Assembly (NCBI GenBank): GCA_027001995.1 | Contig: JALTLO010000191.1 | Location: 1 to 24,621 of the forward strand | Direction of reading: 5' to 3' | From: Planctomycetota bacterium | GTDB taxonomy: Bacteria > Planctomycetota > GCA-002687715 > DRQF01 | DNA: 24,621 bases | Part shown: positions 8,739 to 16,608 of the stretch, piece after piece | Layout: every line of letters starts with the position of its first letter | Position numbering within the stretch: the first letter of the stretch is position 1 | Notes under the pieces: model-generated | Told to the model about the DNA's origin: nothing | Database searches by the model: none | Seen by the model: only the letters and a program-made list of their open reading frames with translations | Program-made: the position numbers and the translations under genes

Positions 8739-9699
8739 GAGAACAACAGCACACCTCCTCATTGTGTTGATGCTACTGGCGGCCTGCGGCACTTCAACCG
8801 ACCACACACGTTGGCGGGAATATACCGTGGGCCGTGAGTACACCCGGGCTCGTACTCTCTTGCGGGCTGATAAGCCTGACGAAGCTCGCCGCATTTTCGC
8901 CAACCTGCGACGTTTGGATCCCACGAACTTGGGTGCTCTCTACAACGAAGCCCTCCTCACAACGAATCCGGATGACAAGTTGACTCTGAAGGAAGAGCTG
9001 TTATCTCTTATCGACCAAGCCCCCAACCCAGAGCTCCACAGCGCTTATTTGGCCCTCTTGTCATTGATAGAAATCGAAAGAGATCGCAGGGAAACGATGC
9101 TCACCAATGCCTTAGGCATTGATCCGAAGAATTGCTTGGCCCATGCTTTGTTTGCCATGAGCTTGGAAGAGCGTGGTGAGTTGGACGCAGCCTATAAGCA
9201 CAATCGAATCGCAGCTCAGGGCGTGGCGCCTCCACCGAGAGTTTTTCGCAAGTTGGCTGCCTATGAAATTGCCAACGGCAAGAAGAAAGATGCCATCGCG
9301 CATCTCGAGACCTATCTTGAATTCGAGCCTGATGATGTCGAATTGCACTATAACTTGGGGACACTCTATTTGGGAGAGCAAGCCTGGAGTGACGCCGAAG
9401 TTCACTTGGCCACAGCCTACGATTTGGATCGTCAGGACCTTCACATCATCATGAACTACGCCCAAGCTGCCATTGAGAATGGCCGCAATCAGGTTGCTAC
9501 CATGCTTCTCGATCGTGCCCTACGCTTGACTCCTAAGGAGCCGTTGATCTACTACAACTTGGGGGTCTTTCAGGCCGAACGACTCAATGACCGCGCTGGG
9601 GCGATCAAGAGTTTTGAACGCTATTTGGAATTGGGTGGCACAGAAATTCGTCGGGTTGGAGGTTGGATTGCGGAACTCAAGAAGGGGTTGGAAGAGTGA
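8707..9699 (+). CDS. TPR-repeat lipoprotein
   Basis: Lipobox LLAAC after a hydrophobic stretch. Multiple TPR motifs (LHYNLGTLY, IYYNLGVF, AIKSFERYLEL). The start (in-frame TTG 8707) is uncertain. Confidence 0.8.
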   Translation: MKNARWGPETKRTTAHLLIVLMLLAACGTSTDHTRWREYTVGREYTRARTLLRADKPDEARRIFANLRRLDPTNLGALYNEALLTTNPDDKLTLKEELLSLIDQAPNPELHSAYLALLSLIEIERDRRETMLTNALGIDPKNCLAHALFAMSLEERGELDAAYKHNRIAAQGVAPPPRVFRKLAAYEIANGKKKDAIAHLETYLEFEPDDVELHYNLGTLYLGEQAWSDAEVHLATAYDLDRQDLHIIMNYAQAAIENGRNQVATMLLDRALRLTPKEPLIYYNLGVFQAERLNDRAGAIKSFERYLELGGTEIRRVGGWIAELKKGLEE

Positions 9700-10139
9700 G
9701 TGCAAAAGATGCTGCCTTGGCCGAAGGACAATTTGTTCGCACACAATTGTTACAGTTTTTAGGTGATTGCGGATTCGCTCTCATTTTAGAGAGCGATTCA
9801 TCCACCGATGGATGGCGAGCTGAGTTCTTAGGGCAAATTGACGACGTTGATGTGGTGGTGACGACCCATAAACCTTTCGCTGCACCCTTTGTCACCCTTG
9901 GTATGACTGTCTTCCTCAGTTCTTTTGAGGCTCAAACGGATTGTATGAGTTTGATGGACAGAAGCTCCGACTTTGATGTGGCCTGTTACTTGTCTGAATC
10001 GAATCTCCAGTTGGTGACCATCGCAAGTCGTATCCTTTTGTCTGGAGTCAACGAATACGATTTTACTTTCGTTTTGAACAACCTTCTTCATTGTCGGCAG
10101 GCGATCGTTTCTTGTTTCGGCCATGGGGATGACCGTTGA
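9696..10139 (+). CDS. Hypothetical protein, YbjN/type III chaperone-like fold candidate
   Basis: GTGA overlap with the TPR gene stop and TTGA overlap with dtd. 147 aa, acidic, with an alpha-beta3-alpha-beta2-alpha-like pattern and a C-terminal amphipathic helix. Confidence 0.65.
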   Translation: MSAKDAALAEGQFVRTQLLQFLGDCGFALILESDSSTDGWRAEFLGQIDDVDVVVTTHKPFAAPFVTLGMTVFLSSFEAQTDCMSLMDRSSDFDVACYLSESNLQLVTIASRILLSGVNEYDFTFVLNNLLHCRQAIVSCFGHGDDR

Positions 10140-10573
10140 AGGTCGTCCTGCAGCGCGTTTCTCACGCACGGGTCACAGTGGGTGGCAAGACCGTGGGAGA
10201 GATAAATTCAGGGCTCCTTTTGCTGGTGGGAATTGGGCAGGACGATAGCCAGGAAAACTTGTCGTGGATGACAGAAAAAATCGTTGGATTACGTGTCTTT
10301 TCTGATGATGAAGGAAGAATGAACCGATCTGTAGTGGATGTTCAGGGGAGTATCTTGGCTGTGAGCCAATTCACTCTCTACGGGAATACCCAAAAGGGCA
10401 AGCGCCCCAGTTTCGTAGCAGCTGCACCTCCCGATCTGGCGAGACCTCTGTTTGATGATTTCGTTGATCTATTGCGACTTCGGGTGCCCCATGTGGCGAC
10501 GGGGGTTTTCGGCGCGAAAATGTCTGTCGATTTGCAGAACGACGGCCCAGTGACACTTGTTGTCGAGCGTTGA
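10136..10573 (+). CDS. dtd: D-aminoacyl-tRNA deacylase
   Basis: MKVVLQRV start, SQFTL motif and NDGPVT (Gly-cisPro) motif. Confidence 0.97.
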   Translation: MKVVLQRVSHARVTVGGKTVGEINSGLLLLVGIGQDDSQENLSWMTEKIVGLRVFSDDEGRMNRSVVDVQGSILAVSQFTLYGNTQKGKRPSFVAAAPPDLARPLFDDFVDLLRLRVPHVATGVFGAKMSVDLQNDGPVTLVVER

Positions 10574-10574
10574 C

Positions 10575-11078
10575 TTAGAAATCGAGGGCTAAGGTGAGCG
10601 CCAACGCCAGGGCATCCGCGGCATCTTCCGGTTCCGGAGTCTTCTTCAATTTGAGGAGGCGCTGGGTCATGAATTGAATTTGTTCTTTGCTGGCCCGGCC
10701 GTTGCCTGCTACGACTTTCTTGACTGTTGCTGTGGCGTATTCTTGTACTGGAACTTCGTGTCGAGCGCACACCGTTAACATGGCCCCCCTGGCTTCTCCT
10801 AAGCGGAGAGCGGATTGAATATTTCTTCCCATGAATGCTTGTTCAATGGCTACCAGTGCTGGCCGAAATTTCTTCATGCAGTCGTCCAAAGATTCTGCCA
10901 AATGAAGGAGCTTCTCCCCTCGACTGAGCTTTTGACCGGGCTTCCAGGCACCCCAACCGATGGTGAGGAGTTGGCTGCCCCGGCGTTCGATTAAGCCGAA
11001 TCCCGTGGCTACGGTGCCCGGGTCAATCCCCAGGATCAGAGTGCCCGGTTTTCCTGCATTCTTGGTCAAGTCTGCCAT
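10575..11078 (-). CDS. ruvC: Holliday junction resolvase RuvC
   Basis: Catalytic acidic residues in ILGIDPG, AIEQ and EDAADALA, plus LGEARG and GNGRASKEQI. Confidence 0.96.
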   Translation of the reverse strand: MADLTKNAGKPGTLILGIDPGTVATGFGLIERRGSQLLTIGWGAWKPGQKLSRGEKLLHLAESLDDCMKKFRPALVAIEQAFMGRNIQSALRLGEARGAMLTVCARHEVPVQEYATATVKKVVAGNGRASKEQIQFMTQRLLKLKKTPEPEDAADALALALTLALDF

Positions 11079-11141
11079 GGGGCCATGATAGGCCCATGGG
11101 GGACTTCCGGGGGCGGGCCGGCAGTCTTCTATTCTTGATGG

Positions 11142-13001
11142 TTAGTCGATGATGATATCTAAGATGTAGTCACCACTGGAAAGGGCGAACCACGGACGAA
11201 CCGACAGTTCATAGGTTGCTGAGACTTGCACGGTCCATGGAGGCACACTTGCTCCTCCTATTTCAGCAGCGGTTCCTGGTCCAGAATGGGTGTCGATGGC
11301 ATAGATCGGACCATTTCCCAGCCCTTGAATACGGATCTCTGGATCTAGGTAAGCTGTCTCAAAAATTCTTCCTTTAAGCAGCCTGTTGGTGGCAGGGTCG
11401 AAAAGGAAGGAGCGAGCCGTGACTTTTTGGCCAGCTTGGACAGTGATCTGGTAGTTATCGACTTCTCCGGTGGTTGCGATATTGCCGAAGATCTGCTGGG
11501 AGGATGAAAAGGCAAAAACTTGACTTTCTGGATTTGGGTAGCCTTGAATCATGAAGAAGGAAGGGAAGTTGTCGGCATCGAAGCTCGAAACATAACCAGA
11601 AGGATTTGTCACACGTAGATGGCCGCTGATGGCATTCATGGGCATGATTGCCCCTATGTGTCCATTGGATAAGACGTACATAGGAACCGGAATCCAGGTG
11701 TCGTTGGGGCCGGGGAATTCGACAACATTGCCTGCAGGGTTGGAGAGGTCCAATCCCGTTGCATAGATCTCAATGTCCTGCCCACGAAAGACGTAGTTCG
11801 GGTGCACACCAATGAGCTCCGGTTGCTCCGCCAGGTCGGCGGGTCTTGTCCAGGTATTGAACACGTAGTCCCCTTGGGTGACGTTGAAAGCGGACTGAAC
11901 CCGCAATGTGTAGTCACCAGAATACGGTGCTTGGAAGCGGGGAGCGGTCACGACGCCGATGCCAGCCGCGAAACCAGGGCCCCCGTCATTGTCGGCGATG
12001 ATGGGATCAATGGGGACTCCCGGCATGACGAGTTCAAGGGTGGAATTGAGCTGAGTCGTTGTCCAATTGGCTGGGCTGTAGGGCAGAACTACGTCATTTG
12101 CGGCATCGTAGTTGAACACTTCCACGAAGAGCTCTTCACCAGCAGTCAGCGTTACCGTGTAGGTGTCGACGTCAGTTGTGGAGTCAATAGTGCCACGAAG
12201 GGAATGATGACCATCCATGGGGGTTGTGCCTTGCCCCATCTCGGTGGTGTAAATACCTAAAACAGCGACGTAGTGATTGGGGTCGTAGGAAATGCTTGGG
12301 CTGGAACCTACATCGGAATGAACGCGCACTTCTCCTGAATGAACACTGGCGTTCACCACAGCCGTGATTGTTTCGTCGTCGAAAGTGAGAACGGTGAGTT
12401 CGCCGTCCCCAATGCTCACCATGGGGGTATCCGTCCAAGTTAAGCTTCCAGTGAAGAAATCCCCTTGAATTGTGACAATGTCGCCGAAGGAAACCGAACG
12501 GGGAGTGACTGAATCGACCCGAGGAACCAAGGGTGTCGCTCGACTGCCAACGGTGTTCGAAAGTCTCAAGTTAAAAGGACCGGCAGTGGGGTCTTGGGCG
12601 ACAGTCTGCAAGTAAATCCGCTGTCCTGTGGGAGCCCCTAGTTGATAGGGCAAGAAGTCGAAGCCGAACTGCCCCAGATTGTCAACGAAACCCCAACTGA
12701 ATAAGTGGTGTGCCGGATTAAACCCGTCGATGCCAATTTGAAAGTCTGGGTCAGCGAGGTCGATTTCTAAGGTGCCGACGGGGGTGTTGGTTATACTGGT
12801 CTGGCGGGCAGCTAAGAGTGCATAGTTCATGCCGGGCTGGGCCGTTATGTCAACGTGGGCTGGGGAACCGATGAGTAGGGGGATTTCGGAGCCTTGACTT
12901 TGTTCCAAGGTGATTGATGTTGTCTGTCCTGAAGCAGCTATGCTTAAGGCTGCGGTGACAATCAATAAACCGCAGAGTTGTTTAAGATCCTTGGGTCGCA
13001 T
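11142..13001 (-). CDS. Secreted protein with two tandem IPT/TIG + PPC-like beta-sandwich units
   Basis: Signal peptide MRPKDLKQLCGLLIVTAALSIAASG behind a GAGGGG RBS. IPT-like PRVDSVTP..GDIVTIQG and PELIGVHP..GQDIEIYA. PPC-like GTIDSTTDVDTY..SGDYTLRV and GNIATTGEVDNY..SATYELSV. Confidence 0.8.
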   Translation of the reverse strand: MRPKDLKQLCGLLIVTAALSIAASGQTTSITLEQSQGSEIPLLIGSPAHVDITAQPGMNYALLAARQTSITNTPVGTLEIDLADPDFQIGIDGFNPAHHLFSWGFVDNLGQFGFDFLPYQLGAPTGQRIYLQTVAQDPTAGPFNLRLSNTVGSRATPLVPRVDSVTPRSVSFGDIVTIQGDFFTGSLTWTDTPMVSIGDGELTVLTFDDETITAVVNASVHSGEVRVHSDVGSSPSISYDPNHYVAVLGIYTTEMGQGTTPMDGHHSLRGTIDSTTDVDTYTVTLTAGEELFVEVFNYDAANDVVLPYSPANWTTTQLNSTLELVMPGVPIDPIIADNDGGPGFAAGIGVVTAPRFQAPYSGDYTLRVQSAFNVTQGDYVFNTWTRPADLAEQPELIGVHPNYVFRGQDIEIYATGLDLSNPAGNVVEFPGPNDTWIPVPMYVLSNGHIGAIMPMNAISGHLRVTNPSGYVSSFDADNFPSFFMIQGYPNPESQVFAFSSSQQIFGNIATTGEVDNYQITVQAGQKVTARSFLFDPATNRLLKGRIFETAYLDPEIRIQGLGNGPIYAIDTHSGPGTAAEIGGASVPPWTVQVSATYELSVRPWFALSSGDYILDIIID

Positions 13002-13216
13002 CTGGTCCCCCTCATGTTGTGTTACTTGGGGAACTCGGCTCGTCGAGCGGGGTACCCATTGACAGACCTCGTCTTGAAGCGGGGTCAAAGCTGAGGCAAT
13101 TCGGGGTGGGTATTGACCCTTTGGAACCTTAGAAAGCCTCCAAAGGGGGCAAAAAACGAAGCAGTCTCTTTGTGTTTTGATCGTCTGATAATGTGCTTGA
13201 TGGAATATAAGTGATT

Positions 13217-13924
13217 ATGGAATGCGGAGTTGTCATTGTTGCAGCAGGGCGGGGCTTGAGGCTCCAGCAGAGCCAGCACAAAGCCCTTGTGACCCTAGAA
13301 GGTCGGCCACTTTTTTTCTTCTGTTTGGAAAGTTTTTCCGAAAGTTCTGCCGTAGATGAGGTGGTGATCGTGGTTCATAGAGATGATTTGCCCACCTTTC
13401 AAAGCGGCGCGATTGCGGAAGAGCTACAACGTCTTGGCATCACAAAGATTGTTGTTGGTGGGGCGGAACGGCAGGACTCTGTACTCATGGGACTTCGTGC
13501 TCTCGACCCAAGTACGAAGAAAGCACTGGTTCACGATGCTGCTCGGCCTTTTTGCTCTCAGGGAACAATTCGCAAGCTTGTGAGCGCCTTGGATAATCAT
13601 GCGGCCGCCGTACCAGTGGTCCAGGTTACCAGCACGGTGAAGGAAGTCGACCAAGACAATGTGGTGGTGGGCACTCAGCCTCGGGCCTCCCTAAGATTGG
13701 CACAGACTCCTCAAGGAGCACAGAAGGACCTCCTCATTCAAGCACTGGAGCAGGCTCAAGAAGCGGGGGCGTCTGTCACTGACGATGTTCAAGCTATGGA
13801 AGAAGCTGGTTATTCCGTAGTCTGCGTCGACGACTCCCGATGGAATTTCAAAGTGACTTCTCCCGATGATCTGCTTCTTGCAAGCTTGGTCATTCGTGAG
13901 GGATTGAACAAAGAGGACGCATGA
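13217..13924 (+). CDS. ispD: 2-C-methyl-D-erythritol 4-phosphate cytidylyltransferase
   Basis: Motifs AAGRGLR...K, GGAERQDSV, VHDAARP, AQTPQ, TDD and NFKVTSPDDL. Confidence 0.95.
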   Translation: MECGVVIVAAGRGLRLQQSQHKALVTLEGRPLFFFCLESFSESSAVDEVVIVVHRDDLPTFQSGAIAEELQRLGITKIVVGGAERQDSVLMGLRALDPSTKKALVHDAARPFCSQGTIRKLVSALDNHAAAVPVVQVTSTVKEVDQDNVVVGTQPRASLRLAQTPQGAQKDLLIQALEQAQEAGASVTDDVQAMEEAGYSVVCVDDSRWNFKVTSPDDLLLASLVIREGLNKEDA

Positions 13925-14403
13925 TGCGGGTAGGAACGGGTTACGATATTCATCGGCTTTGCGAAGGCCGGCCTCTCATTCTTGGTGGGGTTGAGATCCC
14001 ATTTGAATTGGGGCTCTTAGGCCATTCCGATGGGGATGCATTGTTACACGCAGTGACGGATGCTGTGCTAGGGGCAGCGAACTTGGGAGACATTGGCGAG
14101 TTGTTTCCAGATGATGACCCCCAATACAAAGGTGCCGACAGTGCTTTGCTCCTCCAAGGGGCGATGACAAAGGTACGGGCCGCAGGTTTTACCCTAGGCA
14201 ATTTGGATGTCAACGTGATCTGTGAACGCCCTAAGTTGAAACCATTCAAGGCGGAAATCGCCCAACGGGTGGCAAACATCTTGCAAATCGATCCATCATC
14301 GGTGAGCATCAAGGCGAAGACAAAAGAGAAGCTTGGTGCCGTGGGCCGGGGCGAAGCCATAGAAGTCCACTGCATTGTTCTACTCTGTCAAATTCCCGCA
14401 TAA
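13921..14403 (+). CDS. ispF: 2-C-methyl-D-erythritol 2,4-cyclodiphosphate synthase
   Basis: Motifs RVGTGYDIH, GHSDGDALLHAVTDA, GDIGELFPD and KAKTKEKLG. ATGA-coupled to ispD. Confidence 0.97.
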   Translation: MMRVGTGYDIHRLCEGRPLILGGVEIPFELGLLGHSDGDALLHAVTDAVLGAANLGDIGELFPDDDPQYKGADSALLLQGAMTKVRAAGFTLGNLDVNVICERPKLKPFKAEIAQRVANILQIDPSSVSIKAKTKEKLGAVGRGEAIEVHCIVLLCQIPA

Positions 14404-14434
14404 CTTTCGCCCAGAACATTTATTGAGATTTCAC

Positions 14435-15664
14435 ATGAAGAGACGATTCTTGATCATGGCTTGCCTTCTTTCATTGAGTGACTTGGGTGTGGCTCAGCAG
14501 CCACTGGAGTTGGGGATCAAGAGTTTTCTAAGACAAAGTGATCTTCTTCGATCCTGTGGAAAAAGGGCGGATGTTGCTTTAGGAAAGAAGCGGCGAGAGA
14601 ATCCTGAGTTGGCTCTTCCACTTCTTGTGCTTCGACGCCAAGCGATCAAAGTTACTGAAGCGCGAAAAGACGTGACAGCGGAAAAAGTCGGGGCCTTGTG
14701 CCAAGCGTTGGTAGATGATGGGCTTGCTCTATTGAAGGTGGGTACAAAAATCTCGCCCTTTCTCGACTCAAGAATCGAAAAGGCTTCCACAGATAATAGG
14801 GCAGTCCTGGAGGCCCTCGATCGGAGTATCTACATTCAAGAAGCGAAGAGAGCGATCAAGCCTTTTCTGGGTCGAGGAACCTATCGGGGCATGTTCCAAG
14901 CTCACGCAGAAGAAGCGAGCAAAATGACAAAGGCCTTCCTCTTCATTTTCAGCGACCGAAGTTCTGGTTCGGCCATGACGAGAGCCTATGCCGCAGAGGG
15001 GGTTGCAGAGCTCTGCCCTCAATCAGAGTTGGCCAAGACACGGGAAGCTGTGTCGGCGATTTTCACAGCCAAGGATGAATCTTCCGCTATGAAAGACACG
15101 GCCATGATCCTCTTGGCACGGTTGGGAGATCGAAGCCACGTCAACAGAGCTTTGCTTATACACAGAAACATCGTGGCGAAACAACTCAAACTCCCCCATG
15201 AAAAACGTTCGTATCCGACGCTCTTGTTTTCTTACGAATATATGAGCGATATCTTGCAGCGGGTTGGTGATCTTAAGACCGTTGCTGAGATCAACGCTGA
15301 CTATTTGGGTTTGGTCTTCTCCTTGGTCAATTACAAGAATCAAAGCCCAGAAGCACGGAGCAACATTGCTGCTAAGTGTTATGATTTTGCTTGTGTCCTG
15401 TCGCAGTTGGGCCGTGTCGAATTTGGACTTTATATTCTTGAAACATCCTTCAGTTGGGGGTTTTCAGCCTTTGATTGGGCTAACGAAGACAAAGAACTAA
15501 AACGACTTCGTCAAGATCCTCGCTATGGAGCCTTGGTCAAGAAATGGCGTTCCAGGAAGGCCGAGCTGGGTTCATTTGTCTTCGATGGTCCCACATTTCT
15601 TGCAAAAGCGGGACGTACCGCCAGTGGCAACACCAGTCGCCCCACGTCGCGCAAATCCAAGTAG
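14435..15664 (+). CDS. Secreted alpha-helical (HEAT/TPR-like) protein with a C-terminal TPR-end-type domain
   Basis: Signal-like MKRRFLIMACLLSLSDLGVA. C-terminal YDFACVLSQLG...GF...EDKELKRLRQDPRY matches the YNLAC...D.DL..LR..P.F pattern. Confidence 0.72.
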   Translation: MKRRFLIMACLLSLSDLGVAQQPLELGIKSFLRQSDLLRSCGKRADVALGKKRRENPELALPLLVLRRQAIKVTEARKDVTAEKVGALCQALVDDGLALLKVGTKISPFLDSRIEKASTDNRAVLEALDRSIYIQEAKRAIKPFLGRGTYRGMFQAHAEEASKMTKAFLFIFSDRSSGSAMTRAYAAEGVAELCPQSELAKTREAVSAIFTAKDESSAMKDTAMILLARLGDRSHVNRALLIHRNIVAKQLKLPHEKRSYPTLLFSYEYMSDILQRVGDLKTVAEINADYLGLVFSLVNYKNQSPEARSNIAAKCYDFACVLSQLGRVEFGLYILETSFSWGFSAFDWANEDKELKRLRQDPRYGALVKKWRSRKAELGSFVFDGPTFLAKAGRTASGNTSRPTSRKSK

Positions 15665-15718
15665 AAGATGGGCGACGATTATGTCAACCATGGGGCCTTC
15701 CATTGGAATTCTGATGGG

Positions 15719-16195
15719 TTATCCGCTGTGATTTTCGACGTACTTCTTGAGCCCCACACCGAAGAGCTGGGCCCAACCGATTTCTAAGCAGTCAGCAGTC
15801 GAAGAGGAAATTTGTCCGAAAAGTGCGTCTCGGATCTTGAGGTTGGTTCCACCGTCTTTCTCTTCCAGTCGAAGGGTGAGCATGGTCGTTGCTGGTCCCC
15901 CGAAATCTGGAGATATGTGCCCGACCAAATGAAGGACCTCCTCTTGTTGGCACATTTGAACAGTGTACCACAGAAGACTTGATCCCCGTGGGTCTCGCTC
16001 TAACAGGCAGCCCCCGGCGACGACGTCTAGACTGAGGGAACTGTCGGCTCCTAACATGTGAAAATCAGCAAGCCACCAGGAGTTGATTTCCTGAGTCAAG
16101 GCATGCCAAACAGCTTCCTTCTTAGCTTCGATGCTGATTTCTAAATCGTATTGAATGCAACTCAGGGGCTGAGGTGCGGCTGGAGTTTCGTTCAT
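15719..16195 (-). CDS. SRPBCC/AHSA1 (START-like) domain protein
   Basis: Pattern ISIEAKKEAVWHALT..INSWW, LDVVAGG, TLRLEEKDGGTNLKI and GWAQL...LKKYVE. Confidence 0.88.
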   Translation of the reverse strand: MNETPAAPQPLSCIQYDLEISIEAKKEAVWHALTQEINSWWLADFHMLGADSSLSLDVVAGGCLLERDPRGSSLLWYTVQMCQQEEVLHLVGHISPDFGGPATTMLTLRLEEKDGGTNLKIRDALFGQISSSTADCLEIGWAQLFGVGLKKYVENHSG

Positions 16196-16608
16196 TCGTT
16201 GAGTCCCATTCTAATTCTCTTCCCCGTTTTGCCTGGAATGGAGCGTTTTGAAAAGAGAGCAATCGCAATTTCCTGGTTTCAAAGGCCTTATTCGAAGAAT
16301 TGTCGGCGCTGCTATTCCTTTGGACGGAACGATTTTGACCTGACTCAGTCATGAGGGCGACCAGGGGCCTGCGGATGGTCGATTCAATCTATTCTCTTTT
16401 CACAGGACAACAGGGCACCTCGTGTTCAAGGGGGGAAAAGGAAACACGGGCGAAAATGGGTGCTCTCTACTCTCTGGCAACCACAGGGGCGGGAACATTG
16501 CAAGGTCGAGGGCGATTGACCGCAAAAGTCGAGAGGGGTAAGCTCTTCTGACCTTCCCATTGGGAGACTTAGTTTCGATTCCAATCCCATTTCACTGAGG
16601 ATCTCGAG

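Noticed and set aside
16122..16551. Small ORFs (76, 67 and 66 aa) between the SRPBCC and M61 genes
   Set aside because: They have no motifs or clear RBS, overlap each other or the SRPBCC gene, and none is ArsR-like.
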